Positions 25,501-50,889 are shown, numbered from the whole stretch's first letter. The stretch is DNA of 62,813 bases, filler included, from Collodictyon triciliatum (GCA_043381765.1; 8 parts of 8 records of this genome joined end to end with filler, not necessarily neighbours in it); one strand, 5' to 3'. Program-made: numbers and translations. Notes: generated by a model from the sequence alone, not told the origin.

Positions 25501-26984
25501 TAATCTCCGTAAGAATGGCAAAGAATAACATTTAGGATAATTTTGAAAGCTCTATGGCGTCATTTTTTGAGCTTAATATTAAAGAGGAAAGCATTATTAA
25601 GTTACGTTTTTTTTAGATAAAATCAAACACTTTCATAGATGGAAGAAATCACATATTAACAAACCAGCTCCACTATCTTGTACACGCATGTGATGACAAA
25701 GTTTTGAGAAAAACAACACCCCCATCGAAAGAATCCAATCGCAGTCATCAATGGAAATGCTAATGTACCTGTGATATAACTTTTTCTAAAAAAAAAAAAA
25801 AAAAAAAAAGGTTTATATTTTATTTTTGAATTATTTTTTTTTATATTTTTTTTNNNNNNNNNNNNNNNNNNNNNNNNNNNNNNNNNNNNNNNNNNNNNNN
25901 NNNNNNNNNNNNNNNNNNNNNNNNNNNNNNNNNNNNNNNNNNNNNNNNNNNNNTTTTTTTTTTTTTGTTTTTTTTTAAAAAAAAAAAAAAAAAAGAAAGT
26001 GTTCGAGAATGATTCTGAAAGATATATTTATCGAATTTTTTTTGTTACCTGTCTAGTATCAGTGAAATTTTATCGATTTCTTCTGAAGTATTTGCAATCA
26101 TTTCGATAGGGGTGAGTAAACTCTGGTGTAAAAGGAAAGATTAGATACTGTCATAGTTATCTTTCGAAGAATACAAACCGCTATGAATTCCTGGTGCCTC
26201 TCAAATGGTCGGACTCTATAAATTTTCTGCAAAGATTTAATTGAAGCAGAACATATATCCTCGTTTGCCTAAGAATGAATGAAATTTGAGACAACATTAG
26301 GTGCATGGAAGTTTTTTATTTTTTTATTTTTTACACTTGTTCAGTTATCAGAATTAAAGAAGCAGATGCCCATAAGGTAACTCATTGTGATAAAAATGCT
26401 ATCAAAATATTAAATTTAGAACTAAAGTTACGAATGAATGATATCAAGATTACTGAAAAAAGGCCCGGTACAAGTTTGTCGAATGTAAGCTGCATAACTG
26501 ATTCCAATAAGGGATTATCCTCACAAAAATCAAGGGTTACATGTTTTGCTGAATCGCATATAAAATCTGAGAGGTCATCCATTATCAAAGCCTATCAAAA
26601 CGTATTATCTCATTGATTTGCGTTTTGGTTATGCAATAAATGATAAAAAGAAAAAGAAAAAGAAACGTTTCATTAAAACAGCTTTAGGAGGTTCACTATG
26701 CTTTGAATGAATTGGTAATGATAATTTTTTTTGAAAAAATGCACCAGCAACTCCGAAGAAACGTTTCTCATGCCAATCCAATGGCTCATGGAATTTACAA
26801 TCTTTAGAGTTTTTGGGAATAAGTTTTTATAGAAAGAAAAATAGGGTTTAAGCAAAAGATCAGACATGCAGTAAACTTATGTATTGGAAAATTGCTTACA
26901 TAAGCGAAGTCTTTGAGTTGCACTGAAGAATCATGCGATATTCCAGTCGCCAGTTGCTTAAGTTTTTTCACACTCGATTGAGAA
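22596..26984 (-). CDS. Multi-exon helical protein with C-terminal RING finger, putative E3 ubiquitin ligase (5' partial)
   Basis: The last three exons splice to [56 protein letters not shown] (TGA 22596-22598). Upstream exons encode amphipathic helical sequence. Confidence 0.7.
23307..23651. repeat. (TACA)n intronic microsatellite spanning an N gap
   Basis: Directly visible. Confidence 0.92.
25088..25244. repeat. (ATACAG)n intronic microsatellite with degenerate ATACGG units
   Basis: Directly visible. Confidence 0.95.
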
Positions 26985-27210
26985 CTATCCCAATAAAATC
27001 ATCAACTGTAATAATCATAGCTACCCATGCCTTTTCGTGCTTCAAGGCGCTCAATCATCGGAGTAAGTAAATAAGTAAATATATATATAATGAAAACAAA
27101 CCAAGACTCGACAATGAAAAATCAAAAAAAAAAGGAAAAAGAAGAAAAAAGCAAAAAAGAAAAGAAAAGAAAAGAAAAGAAAAGAAAAGAAAAGAAAAGA
27201 AAAGAAAAGA

Positions 27211-27310
27211 NNNNNNNNNNNNNNNNNNNNNNNNNNNNNNNNNNNNNNNNNNNNTTAATTAATTAANNNNNNNNNNNNNNNNNNNNNNNNNNNNNNNNNN
27301 NNNNNNNNNN
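27211..27310. other. Artificial scaffold linker
   Basis: N44-TTAATTAATTAA-N44. Confidence 0.97.
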
Positions 27311-27371
<61 letters not shown>

Positions 27372-27374
27372 ATC

Positions 27375-27452
<78 letters not shown>
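27311..27452. repeat. Compound (TAT)n-(CAA)n microsatellite
   Basis: Directly visible. Confidence 0.95.
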
Positions 27453-27453
<1 letters not shown>

Positions 27454-27470
27454 TCGTAAAACAACGGCAG

Positions 27471-29345
<1,875 letters not shown>

Positions 29346-29571
29346 ACAACAAGATACTCTGGAAACGACAACATTTAAAGTCATGCAGGATGAGACTAAT
29401 CAACAAATAAATAAAGAAAAGAAAAGGAAAACTAATCAAATGAAAAATTAAAAATAAAAATATCAATAGCGTATTGCGCTGATTCATTTCATCGCATGTA
29501 CATAACAGTAATTTTGATTCAGTCGGGTGGTTTATCTACAACCCGTTTTGAGGATGTCACGATGGCTTCGT

Positions 29572-31567
29572 TCAGCTGTTGGGCTCTCGGCCAGCATTCC
29601 CCACCAGACGAAACAACTTGGACTCTGCGTACAGGACTGGGTAAATGTCCTGGAGGACTGGCGCCTCCCAATCAAACTCGACACAAAGCTGCTCGATGGC
29701 CCTGTCGTTTCCATGAAAACGAAGATGTTATCCATTATATGAGAGAAGGAAAAGAAGGCATCAAAAGGAAAGAAAATGAAATGGCGTTGCTGTGACAGTA
29801 GACTTTAAGAAACAATCACAGAGATATCGTTGCGGCAAATCATTGTTGTGCAAGAATAATTAATTTCTTTTTCCAAAGAACAGGGAGGTAAAAAGAAAAG
29901 GAGTATTGGTAAGTTTCATGAAAGCATGTAAATGGATTTGCATGATGTTAAAAGGAAGAAAACCTCAATCGAATCAGAAATGAGCGGATTTCAAATAACA
30001 ATCCTACGTGGTTCATTTCCATGCTTTTCTTTCTGAGCTCTGCAATTTTCATGAATGAATAACATTGAGTCAGACATCACGCGAGAAAATTGTAACTCAC
30101 GAGGGCGATATCAGAATGTTAAAAAGTACATCTTTCATGAACTAACCTGCATCAGAATGGAGGGCCAAAAGCAACGAGAGCCTTCTACTTTGCTCAATAG
30201 ATTTAGATGTGCTGTGGTTTTCATTTGTTAATTTTCCATTAACAAATAAAGTAAAATAAAGTGCGATAAAATATCTCATGGGGAGAAATATCATTACAAT
30301 CGGGTTGTTTATATTGCATTGTGTGCTCCTTGAGTCATCATGTATCGTAAATAAAATAAAATAAATGGCTCATCCTTTATATATTCATCTTCACATGTTT
30401 GGTCTCTTCTTTCATTATTTATTGGATTGTGTCTCAACTCGTGTATTTTATCATTTAAGTGTTTATCATTTTTTGTATACAAATTATTTCAGGATGATTA
30501 GGACTTTCGATAGGCAGGTACTTTTTCCTGGAGACTTCAGCCAGTGCATGAGTGGCCAATAGCCACATATCATCTGTCTGCTCATCGGGCTGGCTTTTCT
30601 GAATTACAGGACTCTTGTAATCCTTCGTTATGCTGCGGTTGAGAATCGGCGATGGCGTGTCATCTTTTGCACTGTTCTGAGCCTGGTTCATCCGATGCCT
30701 TATTAATGGGCTTCGCACGAAGCTTTGTTCGTTTTGGATGCGAGAGAGTTGTGAGCGTTGAAGGTTTCGGTGGATTTGGGATGCTATTTCAGAGTCTGAT
30801 TCGTCGGATTCTGTTGCAAGGTGGGAATATACAAAGATTTTCATCGATATATGTTTGTGTTTTTCTGGGGTTCTTTATTTATTTATTTATTTTTTTAAAA
30901 AAAAAAAAGGATTGCTAATTAGTTTGTATGAATGATGAAGAAGGCAAACCATCTGAACTGATAAGTGTAGCAGAGACTGAGGGAACTTCGGCTCCAGTCA
31001 TGACAGGAAACCGGCCGGACTCATGGCTATCGCGGCTTTCGTAGCTATTTCCGGTTACAAAGTTAGTCGCAGAGGTGGTTAGTTCGGTGCAATAGAGGAT
31101 TGTGAATACAGTTCCTTTCTTTTTCGGTTTTTATTTACCATTATTTTTTGTTTTTTTTTGTTTTTTTGTTTTTTTGTTATTTTGTTTTTTTGTTTTTTTG
31201 TTTTTTTGTTATTTGTTTTTTTGTTTTTTTGTTTTTTTTTGTTTTTTTGTTTTTTTTTTTTTTTTNNNNNNNNNNNNNNNNNNNNNNNNNNNNNNNNNNN
31301 NNNNNNNNNNNNNNNNNNNNNNNNNNNNNNNNNNNNNNNNNNNNNNNNNNNNNNNNNNNNNNNNNTTTGTTTTTTGTTTTTTGTTTTTTGTTTTTTGTTT
31401 TTTTGTTTTTTTGTTTTTTTTGTTTCAGACCAATCGCAACGGACAACGACAAATAGTCATGCGATGGTAAAAGCCGCGTCGACAAAAGAGAAGCAACCCG
31501 CCTCAATGAAAACCAACCTGAAACTGCTGAAGTCGATCGGTTCGAATCTCCGGCTCGGCGAAGTCAT
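29572..31567 (-). CDS. Hypothetical multi-exon protein
   Basis: The first three exons splice in frame (MTSPSRRFEPIDFSSF/SYESRDS..SSD/ESDESDSEIA..). The likely last exon is AIEQLCVEFDWEAPVLQDIY..REPNS*. Internal exons are unresolved and no family was recognised. Confidence 0.5.
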
Positions 31568-32201
31568 CTCTGGATCGTTCTCCCTTTACTTTTTTGCGCC
31601 GCTGTAACACAACCAAAACTCTTCATGGCAATGCCGAAATCGCATTTTAGCCCGCATACATGAAGTTTTTGTGGGGTTGTATTTTGTGAATATAAGCATT
31701 ACATATTCTTTGAATTGTTTTGTCATCTCTACACTGATATTAAACAATCTTATACATCTGTATCATTTTTATTATAAAACCCACATGTGTAGAATGTATT
31801 GTTTAATTTCTATTTCTGGAGTTCATATATCAAGGGTATTAGCTGTATGTTATCTATCAGGATTTCATTTACATACAGCTTTATCGTTTTTGTATTTCGA
31901 GCGGCAACTTAGCGAGCTGTCGGTTAAAGGCTGCCTTCCGGCCAAAATAGCATTCTATTTGATAACTCTATTAAAATAAAAAACTATCTGGTAATAGGAA
32001 GGAGCGTTGGAGGCAACAATTATCAATTCCACATATAAACATACCTTGCTTTTCGACATCTAAACAGAAATTAACGCATTTTAAAATCCGTTCTGGGGCT
32101 TTGATTCATCTCTGTCATTTCTAATTTCACCAGAAGTCAAAAAACAAACAAAAAAACAAAAAAACAAAAAAACAAAAAAACAAAAAAACAAAAAAACAAA
32201 A

Positions 32202-32301
32202 NNNNNNNNNNNNNNNNNNNNNNNNNNNNNNNNNNNNNNNNNNNNTTAATTAATTAANNNNNNNNNNNNNNNNNNNNNNNNNNNNNNNNNNNNNNNNNNN
32301 N
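32202..32301. other. Artificial scaffold linker
   Basis: N44-TTAATTAATTAA-N44. Confidence 0.97.
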
Positions 32302-32459
32302 TTCTTTTCTTTTCTTTTCTTTTCTTTTCTTTTCTTTTCTTTTCTTTTCTTTTCTTTTCTTTTCTTTTCTTTTCTTTTCTTTTCTTTTCTTTTCTTTTTT
32401 TATTGACTCATCGATTGACTGATTCGTCGATTGTCTGATTACGGGCCCTTCAAACCCAG

Positions 32460-33570
32460 ACGAGGTGGAAAGCCTCACTGCTGCCCGAAAAGCTGCGCTC
32501 TCCGGGTCGGAGCCGTCAGATGCCATCCGCGTAAGCATACGACATCAGGAATCGCTCACATCAAACATGATTGTGCACTGTCCCCAGTCTTTGTCTTTTG
32601 ATGCGACACAAACGGTGGCATAGGTGGTCAATGCAGTGCTGACCCAAATCGACCAGCTTCGATCTCGTGACAACGTCCTCATTCTGACGACATCAAACAT
32701 CACCGGGGCGATCGGTAAGCAAACAGACTCGCGTTGATATGTTTTGCTGGGAGATTCATGATCATCATCATCGTCATCATCATCATCATCATCATCATCA
32801 TCGTCGTCCCGCCTTGATGTGGTTTCTCATATTTCAGATGTGGCCTTTGTGGACCGCGCCGATGTGAAGCAGTTTATCGGCCCACCATCTTTGCATGCCC
32901 GCTACGAAATTCTCCGCTCCTGTGCAAACGAACTTATGCGAGTCTCCATCATCCACCCACACGTACACTCAAATCCAAATCCAAACCAAAAAAAAAAAAA
33001 AAAAAAACCCCGCACGAGGGAAACCATACCTTGTTCGGAATGAATCCGGCGAGATTGGAGGATGCAAACCACGAAGAAATCTCGCCCCCTTTTTTTATTC
33101 CCACAATCTTTCTTGGACGAATACTAGGAGCACATTCTCGAGTACAAATCTGTGGATCTGATGAAGCACGCGCAGAACGAGTCCACAAAGAACAGCAGGG
33201 CGCTGTACGAAACCGCCGTCGTCTGCGAGGTTTGCCAGGAAAAAAAAAAAGGTTGCGCATAGCACTGGGCACTCATACTTTATATGGAATGCAATCTGAT
33301 CTATTTCTATATCTGGATTCCACAGAATCTGAGCGGAAGAGCCCTGCGCAAGCTGGCGTTCATGGCACACGCTTTCTTCTCAAAGGTTTCTGTGTGCTGA
33401 CAAAATAGCTGTGCCAAAAGCGACCTCATCCAACTTCATTCCAAGTCTAAGAATGATTATTGGCAACATACCAGGGACAAGATACGGTACCTCTGCACAC
33501 GTTCCTGGACAGCCTCGCCCGCGCAGCCTCTCGCGAAGTTGCCGTCCGCTCGTTGCTGGCCCATGCATGA
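32460..33570 (+). CDS. TRIP13: PCH2/TRIP13 AAA+ ATPase, 3' half
   Basis: Six exons encode [69 protein letters not shown] and a TGA at 33568-33570. These motifs are diagnostic of PCH2. Confidence 0.93.
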
Positions 33571-34256
33571 GCCGACTGCATTGATGCTCTTGAATCTGTT
33601 GTGGATGGAATCTGGATGTACGTAAATAAAGCCCGCCGCTCCGGCCCCAATGACAAAACAACCAGAAAGAAAAAAAAAATGCACACCATCTGGAGATACC
33701 GGCTCCGCCCTTTCCGCCTCTCTACCCAGATTTGGGATTGGGAATGGCCACACACGTCACTCCGCATTTGGAATAAGACCACAAACGGGATATATAAAAG
33801 ACCTATTAATTGGGAACAAATATCCTCCCGTGGTCATAGATTTCGGGAACCGGCCACAAACTCAGTATAGAGTATCGACAGAAAATCACCAAAAGCGCAA
33901 CAGGGCGAAATATATATTGTTTTTTTTTTCGTGATTATATGTCCAGAATTGTGCGCGTCGATTCGCGCCGGACGAACAAACAGCAAAAGCACCAAGCACA
34001 AGAGACAAACAGACAAGATAACAGAAGGACAGAAGAGAGACTACAAACGAATCAGCAAATGGTTGGGGCGATCAAAGAAAGAAAGAAAACAAATGACGAT
34101 TCGACAGCCGCTCGAGGCCTTTGCAGACATGCATTACCTGACTGAACTCGCGCAGCTCACGCAACATCGCAAACACTGGAAACGCAAGCAGACTCATAGA
34201 CTTATTCCTGGCGGCACAGAAGGATATCCACCCACAGAAAAACGCACCGACGGACC

Positions 34257-38922
<4,666 letters not shown>

Positions 38923-39353
38923 AGAGAAAAGGGAAGGGCACAATCTGCCACCCCCAAGAAAACATCGGGGCGGGAGGCAGACACAACGAGGAAGAAGAAG
39001 TGATGGATCGACATTGCAACCCCTCCGTTCTTTTCTTCTTTTTTTAAAAGAAAAATATAATAATATCTGGATATCACGACTGCCTTTTAGCATGGCTCGG
39101 CTTCAAATAGATTCATTAGAGGAAAGGCGCTGAAATTGTGAACGTGACAGAAGCAATTAAAAGCATTATAAAACTTTTTTTTTTTAAAAAAAAAAACAGA
39201 AGGCATTATAATGGCCGACATTGTGCGCTCTGCTTGGGTTGCATTACTGGGATTGTATGTTACAGAATAACGACGAGGGTTCTCTGTTTTATTTTGCATG
39301 AGAATTGTCCTTTTGTTCAAAACCTTTATGTATTGCAAGACAAACAAAAGAAG

Positions 39354-40182
39354 CTAGTCATCTTCTGGATTTATCACCGAGATAATACGAAGCTAGCAGG
39401 AAGATGGAGCGAAATGGAATGCTTTTGTGCTGTTTTCAATTATTATAATTATTCTTACGAAGACGATGGCGGCGGAATCTGTGTGTTTGCTGGAGGCGGT
39501 TTTCTTGGGTTTTTTGGCTCCGGTTTTTTCCGAGGCTTTGCTTGCTGTGCGCGTTAGAAAACATCTTTAGAAATCAAATGAGAGAATAAGAGATGAAAGA
39601 AGAAAATGACATGTAAAATAAAAACAACACACGAACACATCATGCAAAAACAAAAAACAGGCGCAACCAAATAAATATAAATTATTGCCAACTTTCTGTT
39701 GAATAATATTATATACAAGATTTTATGCTGTTGGTTCACCTTTGCAGGTGGCGCGACTGGCCCTTGCGATTGTGCTGCTGCCACGATTTAAAAAGTTAAA
39801 TACGGTTCATATAATCATTCTCTATCCAATTCTCGACGTATCCTTATATACATATATTTTATAGGGGTCGTGAAATATCAAATGTAAAGCGATATTATGT
39901 TGATTACTGGGGTCGTGCATGGATATCCTCTTCGCAAACGGACTTCCCTATTTACAATATATGTATGCCAATTAATCATTTATTTTTTACAACTACTATT
40001 ACTGCTGATGGGATATCGACTCTCTTCCTTGGCGTATCATGAAATAATGCCACGTAGGATATTTTAAAATAGGAGATGTAAAAAAAAAACCATATATCCT
40101 ATTTCATATAATCAGAATTTTATTATTCTTTTTAGTTTGTTACATCGATTGCAAAGTTGGAGCGCTCTACCGTGCCAATCGT
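39354..40182 (-). CDS. 3' exons of an unknown gene (partial)
   Basis: Several short GC-richer blocks with GT/AG ends on the minus strand (e.g. AQSQGPVAPPAK / QAKPRKKPEPKKPKK..). The frame is not fully resolved. Confidence 0.35.
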
Positions 40183-40298
40183 CTAAACGTAAAAGAAATC
40201 TTAATTTTCCATCCAGCATTTCATTGATACATTCCTTCCCTCTTGTACTTTTTTTTTTTTTTTTTTTTTTTTAATTACAAAAATAAAATGTTCTTTTT

Positions 40299-40398
40299 NN
40301 NNNNNNNNNNNNNNNNNNNNNNNNNNNNNNNNNNNNNNNNNNTTAATTAATTAANNNNNNNNNNNNNNNNNNNNNNNNNNNNNNNNNNNNNNNNNNNN
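40299..40398. other. Artificial scaffold linker
   Basis: N44-TTAATTAATTAA-N44. Confidence 0.97.
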
Positions 40399-40616
40399 TC
40401 ACAAGGGTTGGGGTTGTTGGGCGTGACGAAGCGGTTAAGGCAGACGGGGCTTCGCAGGCAGTGGACTCTGAGAGCCTTTGCCGATGTACACCAAACGGTG
40501 CGGATGCAGCAAAAGGAATTTCTTCCTTTGCAATCAGAACAGAACATGCGTACAGCACAGCACAATATCTTCTCATGAGCGCCTCAGAGATCAGTTTGCA
40601 CACGCATTAAAAAAAA

Positions 40617-40619
40617 ATA

Positions 40620-40651
<32 letters not shown>

Positions 40652-40661
40652 CATCATCATC

Positions 40662-40757
<96 letters not shown>
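40617..40757. repeat. Compound (AATCAT)-(CAT)-(AAT)n microsatellite
   Basis: Directly visible. Confidence 0.95.
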
Positions 40758-40806
40758 TAGACAGAGAGAAAGTGAGGGAGAGAGTATGAAAATAAACATG
40801 GTGCAG

Positions 40807-46354
<5,548 letters not shown>

Positions 46355-46621
46355 CTATCATATTCAATAAAAATGCATGAATACACCTTTTACGTAAATC
46401 AGCAGTGGAAAAAAAAACAAATGATTTCAGATTCGTTATTCTTCATGGTTTACACCCTGGGTATATTCATTTTTTTTGTTTTGTTTTGTTTTTGTTTTTT
46501 TGTTTTTTTGTTTTTTGTTTTTTATTTTTTTGTTTTTTATTTTTTTGTTTTTTATTTTTTTGTTTTTTATGTTTTTTATGTTTTTTTTGTTTTTTATGTT
46601 TTTTTTTTTTTTTTTGTTTTT

Positions 46622-46655
<34 letters not shown>

Positions 46656-46755
46656 NNNNNNNNNNNNNNNNNNNNNNNNNNNNNNNNNNNNNNNNNNNNT
46701 TAATTAATTAANNNNNNNNNNNNNNNNNNNNNNNNNNNNNNNNNNNNNNNNNNNN
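46656..46755. other. Artificial scaffold linker
   Basis: N44-TTAATTAATTAA-N44. Confidence 0.97.

Positions 46756-46822
<67 letters not shown>
46756..46822. repeat. (GT)n microsatellite in a squalene epoxidase intron at the scaffold start
   Basis: Directly visible. Confidence 0.95.
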
Positions 46823-46825
<3 letters not shown>

Positions 46826-46827
46826 AC

Positions 46828-49363
46828 CGTCAGAGACTCCAAAGACTCCGTAGAGGCCGGCGGCGAGGATGTTGATGGTGGACGAGAGGGACTTCCGCTC
46901 CGCTTTGAAGGTGTCGAATGCAAGTCGCATGCTGTGGTCATTGAGTAAGTCAAGCCCGTTGAGCACCTTGGATAGCTGGTAGCAGTCGGAGAAGGCAACG
47001 GTCATTCCACCTGGGTTTGTGTCGGTATTTCGTCAGTGTCTGCAGGACATTGTCGTGGGTGGCAAATGGCGAGTAATCCGGGCGGGTGTGTCCTGATGCG
47101 ACAGGGAGTGCCGCATGCAACAACAATGACCAGGAGCGATTAGGGGTGGACTTATTTTACACAAACCTCCGGTGAGTGGGTGGCGGCAGTTGAAGGAATC
47201 GCCAAGGAGGAGGACGCCAGGGGTGAAGACGCTGTCCTATTTGAGTGGATGGCGATTAGGCGGAGCAGCTATGGCCAGACATCATTAAGGGGGAAGGGCG
47301 TGGAGTGGCACACTCTGAGTGAGATGCTGATCAGAGCTTAGATGGCTTGCGAGGCAGACCTGTGGGGGCATGACCGTGGTTTTTCTGGAGCGCATTCTAC
47401 CGGCAGCCATCTCCGCCAGCATGGCTTTCTGTGATTATGCTTAAGGGCTTAGTAGGTGTTGTTGACTGGGTATACTGAAGTTATGTGAGAGCTTTGTGTA
47501 AGACAAGGCAGAGATTGAGGAGTGGGCAACAATAAAAACTGGCCGAGATAGGAGCTCTAATAGTTTTTTTTTTTCGGACCATCAGGAAGAGAGATATCCT
47601 GCAAACCTGCATATCCTCCGGGATGAGGGGCATGACTTTCTCCTTAATGTAAGCCTCGATGCTCCCTGCCGGGACGCTATTTCGAATGTCGACAAAAAGG
47701 CGGGCCTCTGTGGAACTGATGGGGTAGGCGAGAACGATGCATTCTTGAGTCAGAAGGACGTGGCCGTACTTTCTGCAGGACTCGTCACCAGGCAGGCACG
47801 AGACTGGTACGATGAAGCCGATAAACGCAGACTCGCTGGTTGTTTGGGCCTTGGGTGCGACCTAATAAGATGAGAGGAGACTTTTAGAAACCTGTGGTAG
47901 TGGAGAGAGTAGAGTGCTTGCGAGTTCTGTATAGACGAGGGGGCGTGTTGTTCGCTGGGCGAAACGGTGTGAGTATGACTAACTCACGTAGCGGCGAAGG
48001 TTGGAGTAAGACCCGTCACACACGATGGTGAGGTCAGCGTTGAATATCTATGACAAAGGTTGTGTTACAGGGGTAAGTTGAAATGATTAGCACAGAGAAA
48101 AAAAAGCTGTGAGTCTGAGACTAGACATTCACTTACAGCGTCTTCTTCGGTTCCTTGTCTGCGGTACTTCAGACCGGTAACTCTACCTTTCTCCTCTTGA
48201 ATTCCTTTCACAGTGGCCTCCACAATCGTGACACTGAAATAGAGTGTGCGTACGTAGTAATGAGACATTGACAGACAGACTCGTGTGAGCTTCAATAACG
48301 ATTCGTGTAAAAAAAAATCCAGATATTGTCGTTACTTGGGCTCAGCTGCGAGTGCTTTGCGGAGATTCATGACAAAACGGCCGTGGTGGAATCCTCGACC
48401 GAAAGTGACGGCGTCTTCATCGTCAGGATATTCAATAGTTGTCACTTGGCCTCCGTGGTGGACTTGGTAACCGCGTGTAAGACTGGAGTCGATCCCTTCC
48501 AAGCAATCTGCATATTTGACATGGCTTAATTTTTCTCTGGCTAGTGCCTGTCATTGTGGGGCTTACACGCAGTTTCGACCGAGACACTTTTGTGTCTCTT
48601 GCGATTTTTTATAGGGGTAGCCTTTCCAGGTTTTGATACGGTCCAGACTAACTCGCAACAAAGAAGAAATAAACCAGAAGGAAAATAAGTGAGGGAGACG
48701 GTTCCAACCTTGCATCCCAAGAAGACGGAGGTACTTGACACCTCCGGGCTGAAGAAGCTCGCCGATGATCCTGTCGGGCATGGACATGTCGCGCTCAAAG
48801 ACAGTGACTTTCCTTCCTTGCTTGGCCAGGGCAACAGCTTCATGACAGGAAGAGGTTAGGAGACAAGAGAAAGGCCTGCATCTTCAAACACAAGGACAAG
48901 GGCGCTTGGGTGAGGCGCAACACGAAAGGCGGACGGGGGAGGAATGGCTGACTCACCGACTGCAGAACCGGCAATTCCTGCGCCAACAACAGCAACTGTC
49001 TGGGGAAGGTTCTTCTTCGGAGTCACGGGCTTCACGTCCAGAAGCATACCCTAGGAAGGAAACAGAGTCGAAGGCAGAGCACCAAAAAGGTCAGGCTTTC
49101 GTCCTGGTCACGAGTAGATGAAAATGTGGAAAACTGTGGAAGGTAGCCGAGCCGTCTACTTCACAAGGGGGAAAAAAGGAGCCATGGGAAAGTAGGCGAC
49201 TTAGACAGACTTTTCCAGTGAGGAGTCGCCAGGCCTGGACAAACTGGTCTGCGGTCTGGGCTCGCCACTTGGAGTCGAAGAGGCGCACCAGCAGGACGTG
49301 GATGAGTGTGCAGACTGCCGTGAAGGCGAGAATGCCGACAAGGGTGAAAGGCAGCGGCTGCAT
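46828..49363 (-). CDS. SQLE: Squalene epoxidase (squalene monooxygenase, ERG1/SQLE family), 3' truncated by the scaffold end
   Basis: Ten exons splice in frame: N-terminal TM anchor, VVGAGIAG, FERDMSMPDRIIGELLQPGG, GRGFHHGRF, LTIVCDGSYSNLR, GHVLL..LAYPIS, LLGDSFNCRHPLTGGGMTVA and STINILAAGLY. Confidence 0.95.
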
Positions 49364-50529
49364 GTCGTTGGAGCAGGACTGGTCTGTTGATTGTGCAGTT
49401 TGGTAGTGCGTTAGAGGGATAAAGGGGTGAGTTTACGTATAGAGTCTGGTCTTTCGCTTCCCAGAAGGTGAGATATGATTGAACAGCGCCTGTAGGAGTT
49501 TGTCCCTTTCACCCTTGCAATGTCTGCGTTGTGCTTTCTGGCTTCTGCTTGCAGACATAACAACTAATCATACACTATAAGAAAGTATGCCTGGCCAGCC
49601 CAAACTTTAATATGGCCGGGCCATAGCGTCTGCCTGTCGTCATTTCTCGTGTCGGAACGAAACAAAGCCTCACGCTCACCCACACACAACACATCCAGAT
49701 GCACACAATCCGCCCGCACAGGGTTGTTTCTGGACGTTTCCTTTTGGCCCTTTTTCTTTTCTTTCTTGCCCCCGACAGCTGCGCGCTTGCAATCCACGAT
49801 CCGTTTGTCCTTTGTGCTTGGGTGGCGTTGGGGGGTTGTGTGTTCCGTTTTCATCATGCCATATGAGAATTCCCTTGCAATAATTGAATATTTTCCATTT
49901 TCGTCTTTATTCTATTAAAAAACGCATTTAATTTGTGTTTGTCTGCATCGGTTCTTTTTTTTCTTTCTGTTTCACCCAGGCCACAAACGCAGACACACAA
50001 CAGACACAAACCCCGGCCACACAGGAATTCCTGCGTTCGGCTGATTCGTGGGATTGTGGGATTTTCCACATACCGGGAACGCCTCTGTTTGACCATCTGA
50101 ATATGGCGATTCCCTTAAAATTGGGTTTGTAAATGTTCCCGGAACCATATGATTCCGACTGATAAGGAATGTGTACGCGGCTTTAAGTTCAGCGCTTGTG
50201 GGTTGCTCTTTCGCGGCGGCTGATTGATCACTGGGCCACGCCTATGTCATTTGAGCCACACCTGCCTAAGCTCCCCTGTCTGGGTGCCCAAGGCTCCCAA
50301 GTGCGTCTGCCTGCCAAGCGCAATAAACACGCAAAGCAAGCAGCAACGCTGGTCTGTAGTTTGAGGCTCGGTCCAATTCTCCAGGCCCAGAATCAGCTGC
50401 TTGCAAATGCAGTCTGCCTTCGGCCTGGCCGCCTAGAAAAAAAACAAACAAGCAAAGCTTTTGGGAAGAGGAGGGAATAATAATAATAATAAAATTGGAC
50501 TGGGAAGTCTCTATAGATCGAGCCAGAAG
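49364..50529. promoter_or_regulatory. Putative shared/bidirectional promoter region between the SQE and OSC start codons
   Basis: 1166 gap-free bp between divergent ATGs (49363 and 50530) with no credible gene inside. The function is inferred. Confidence 0.55.
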
Positions 50530-50855
50530 ATGTGGCGTTTGCACTCAGACATAGATGGACAGCAAGTGTGGCGCTACCACCCGGTTGCTGAGGATGAGAC
50601 TGAGGCCCAAGCCAGCGTCCGCCGCCAGATCGAAGCCTTCCAACTAGACACGGCCAAGCAACCGGTTTGCCTTGCAGACTCTTTGCATCTTCGACTTAAA
50701 TACAAAGCTGTTGATATCATGCCTTCGCTCTTTCTATACAGTCGTTGCCCTGTGCCTCTGTCGACCTGTTATCCTGTCTCTTTTTCTTTTTTCTTCTTTT
50801 TTCTTCTTTTTTCTTCTTTTTTCTTCTTTTTTCTTCTTTTTTCTTCTTTTTTCTT

Positions 50856-50889
<34 letters not shown>

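Noticed and set aside
33601-34256. ORFs between TRIP13 and malic enzyme
   Set aside because: They show no recognisable domains or splice structure and are consistent with UTR/promoter sequence.
40399-40609. GC-richer fragment at the scaffold start, open in two plus-strand frames
   Set aside because: It is likely a gene's last exon, but the frame and identity cannot be determined.
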